Below the pieces are notes generated by a model that was not told the DNA's origin, searched no databases, and worked only from the letters and a program-made list of their open reading frames with translations. DNA of 64,000 nt. It comes from a virus. Lineage: Duplodnaviria; Caudoviricetes. The stretch spans positions 4,410 to 68,409 of IMG/VR virus record IMGVR_UViG_2788500234_000002; one strand, 5' to 3'. How positions within the stretch are numbered: the first letter of the stretch is position 1; each line of letters opens with the position of its first letter. Shown here piece by piece: positions 62,636 to 64,000 of this stretch. The translations under genes and the position numbers were made by a program.

Positions 62636-64000
62636 ATGAAATCATCATTTTTCATTGCCTCGTCGGCCATGCTTGCCCTTTGCCTGGCAGGGTGCAAACC
62701 GGACGAGCCGGTAAAACCGGAACTTGAAAGCCTGGCTTTCGGGAAAGCGGAAGTGGAACTCAATGTCGGGGACGTAGTCCTGCTCGAAGTGTCGGCGACC
62801 CCGGAAAATGCGAATTACGAACTCGTATGGAGCAGTTCCGATGAACAGGTCGCCGTAGTGGAGGACGGCGAAGTGACGGCGCTTTCGGCGGGGAAAGCCG
62901 AAATCACGGCAGGCTGCGGTGACATTTCGGCCACATGCACGGTCACGGTAACGGACGGGCAGGGAACAGTGCCCGGGACGAGTGTGGAAAATGTGATTGT
63001 CGAACCTACGGAAGCCGAAGTGCAAATCGGGGAGACATTGGAGCTCACTGTAAGGGTCGAGCCGGAGGATGCGGAATATGAAAGCATCGAATGGGCTTCT
63101 TCCGACACCGGCGTGGCAACTGTGGATTCAGAAGGCGTGGTTACCGGAGTTGCAATCGGGACTGCGGAGATTACTGCCATGGTAGACGGAAAGGCCGCTT
63201 CCAGCCGGATTTCGGTGACAGGCATTCCGGTAGAATCCGTAACCCTCGAACCTACGGAACTCAGGCTCAATGAAGGGGAAACCCATACGCTGACGGAGAC
63301 TGTCCTGCCTGAAGATGCTACAGACAAAGGAATCAAATGGTCATCAGCCGATACGGGCATAGCCACCGTAGACGGGACAGGCCTTGTTACGGCCGTGTCG
63401 GCAGGCGAGACGACTATCACGGTAACCACCGACGATGGAGGCAAAACAGCCACATGCATGGTGACGGTAAGCAAAGGGCACGATTCGGTAGACCTCGGGC
63501 TCAGCGTAAAATGGGCCACCTGCAACATAGGCGCTGAAAACCCATGGGAATATGGAGATTATTTCGCATGGGGCGAAACCGAGCCTAAAGAAGAATACAG
63601 TATGGCAAACAATACGACTTTCGAAAAGACGATATCGGACATATCCGGCAATCCGGAATATGATGCCGCTGCCGCAAACTGGGGAGGCACCTGGAGAATG
63701 CCTACAAAGGCGGAAATGCAGGAACTTATAGACGAATGCGAATGGGAGTGGACGGAACTTGAAGGAGAGGCTGGTTACAACTTCACCGGACCGAGCGGAC
63801 AATCCATCTTCATGCCGGCTTCGGGTTACATCAACAGCAAGACGTCCTACGATACGGAACGTTACGGTTATTATTGGACCTCCAATCCTGACGAATATAG
63901 CACTACGATGTCTTCTTATCTGAGTTTCAGCAGTTTCGGCCACCGCATAGACTTAGTCGGCCGCTACTTCGGGCTTTCCATACGGCCTGTTTCCGAATAG
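62636..64000 (+). CDS. Host surface lipoprotein with three Ig-like (Big_2) domains and C-terminal DUF1566/Fib_succ_major-like domain
   Basis: Lipobox CLAGC; three WSS(S/A)D..VA.V..G.VTA...G repeats; VDLGLSVKWATCNIGA, WRMPT, GLSIRPV; higher GC than the elements. Confidence 0.88.
   Translation: MKSSFFIASSAMLALCLAGCKPDEPVKPELESLAFGKAEVELNVGDVVLLEVSATPENANYELVWSSSDEQVAVVEDGEVTALSAGKAEITAGCGDISATCTVTVTDGQGTVPGTSVENVIVEPTEAEVQIGETLELTVRVEPEDAEYESIEWASSDTGVATVDSEGVVTGVAIGTAEITAMVDGKAASSRISVTGIPVESVTLEPTELRLNEGETHTLTETVLPEDATDKGIKWSSADTGIATVDGTGLVTAVSAGETTITVTTDDGGKTATCMVTVSKGHDSVDLGLSVKWATCNIGAENPWEYGDYFAWGETEPKEEYSMANNTTFEKTISDISGNPEYDAAAANWGGTWRMPTKAEMQELIDECEWEWTELEGEAGYNFTGPSGQSIFMPASGYINSKTSYDTERYGYYWTSNPDEYSTTMSSYLSFSSFGHRIDLVGRYFGLSIRPVSE

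Noticed and set aside
62815-63528. 237-aa minus-strand ORF, and similar antisense ORFs such as 12985-13641, 22636-23424, 31325-31969, 43928-44590, 55212-56039
   Set aside because: Shadows or alternative frames of well-supported genes with no independent motifs
63880-64000. Third VR of this DGR in the host lipoprotein
   Set aside because: No alignment to TR 42641-42756 and no IMH-like TCGGTTCTCGGCTTTGCTTT

Overview
Bacteroidales (Bacteroides-type TTTG-N19/20-TAnnTTTG promoters) chromosomal window with three parts. (1) 1-~46.6 kb: most of a temperate siphovirus-like prophage (recombination/replication, DNA modification, packaging, head, tail, lysis) abutting the 3' end of a tRNA-Ser(TGA); its integrase and repressor must lie left of the window. 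It carries a diversity-generating retroelement (TR 42641-42756, RT 42919-43941) whose TR differs only at adenines from TWO variable regions: one in the adjacent tail-fibre-like gene (42431-42546) and one about 38 kb away in a non-structural-looking gene of the early module (4501-4577). The prophage also shows a G11 tract in a C5 methyltransferase, a PAPS-reductase-like gene broken at a G8 tract, a MuF protein with a HExxH C-terminal domain plus a small downstream gene, nine copies of a 17-bp operator-like palindrome, and apparent absence of GATC. (2) 47125-62511: a 15.4-kb integrative element bounded by a TATTTAC direct repeat, with tyrosine integrase, excisionase-like HTH, initiator/loader, TerS-like gene, and divergent homologues of the neighbouring prophage's tape measure protein, post-TMP protein and head-decoration protein, but no capsid, portal, TerL or tail tube: a candidate tape-measure-encoding phage satellite. 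(3) 62636-64000: host Ig-like lipoprotein gene whose promoter/leader appears split by element 2. No searches were run; all calls rest on motifs and alignments read by eye.
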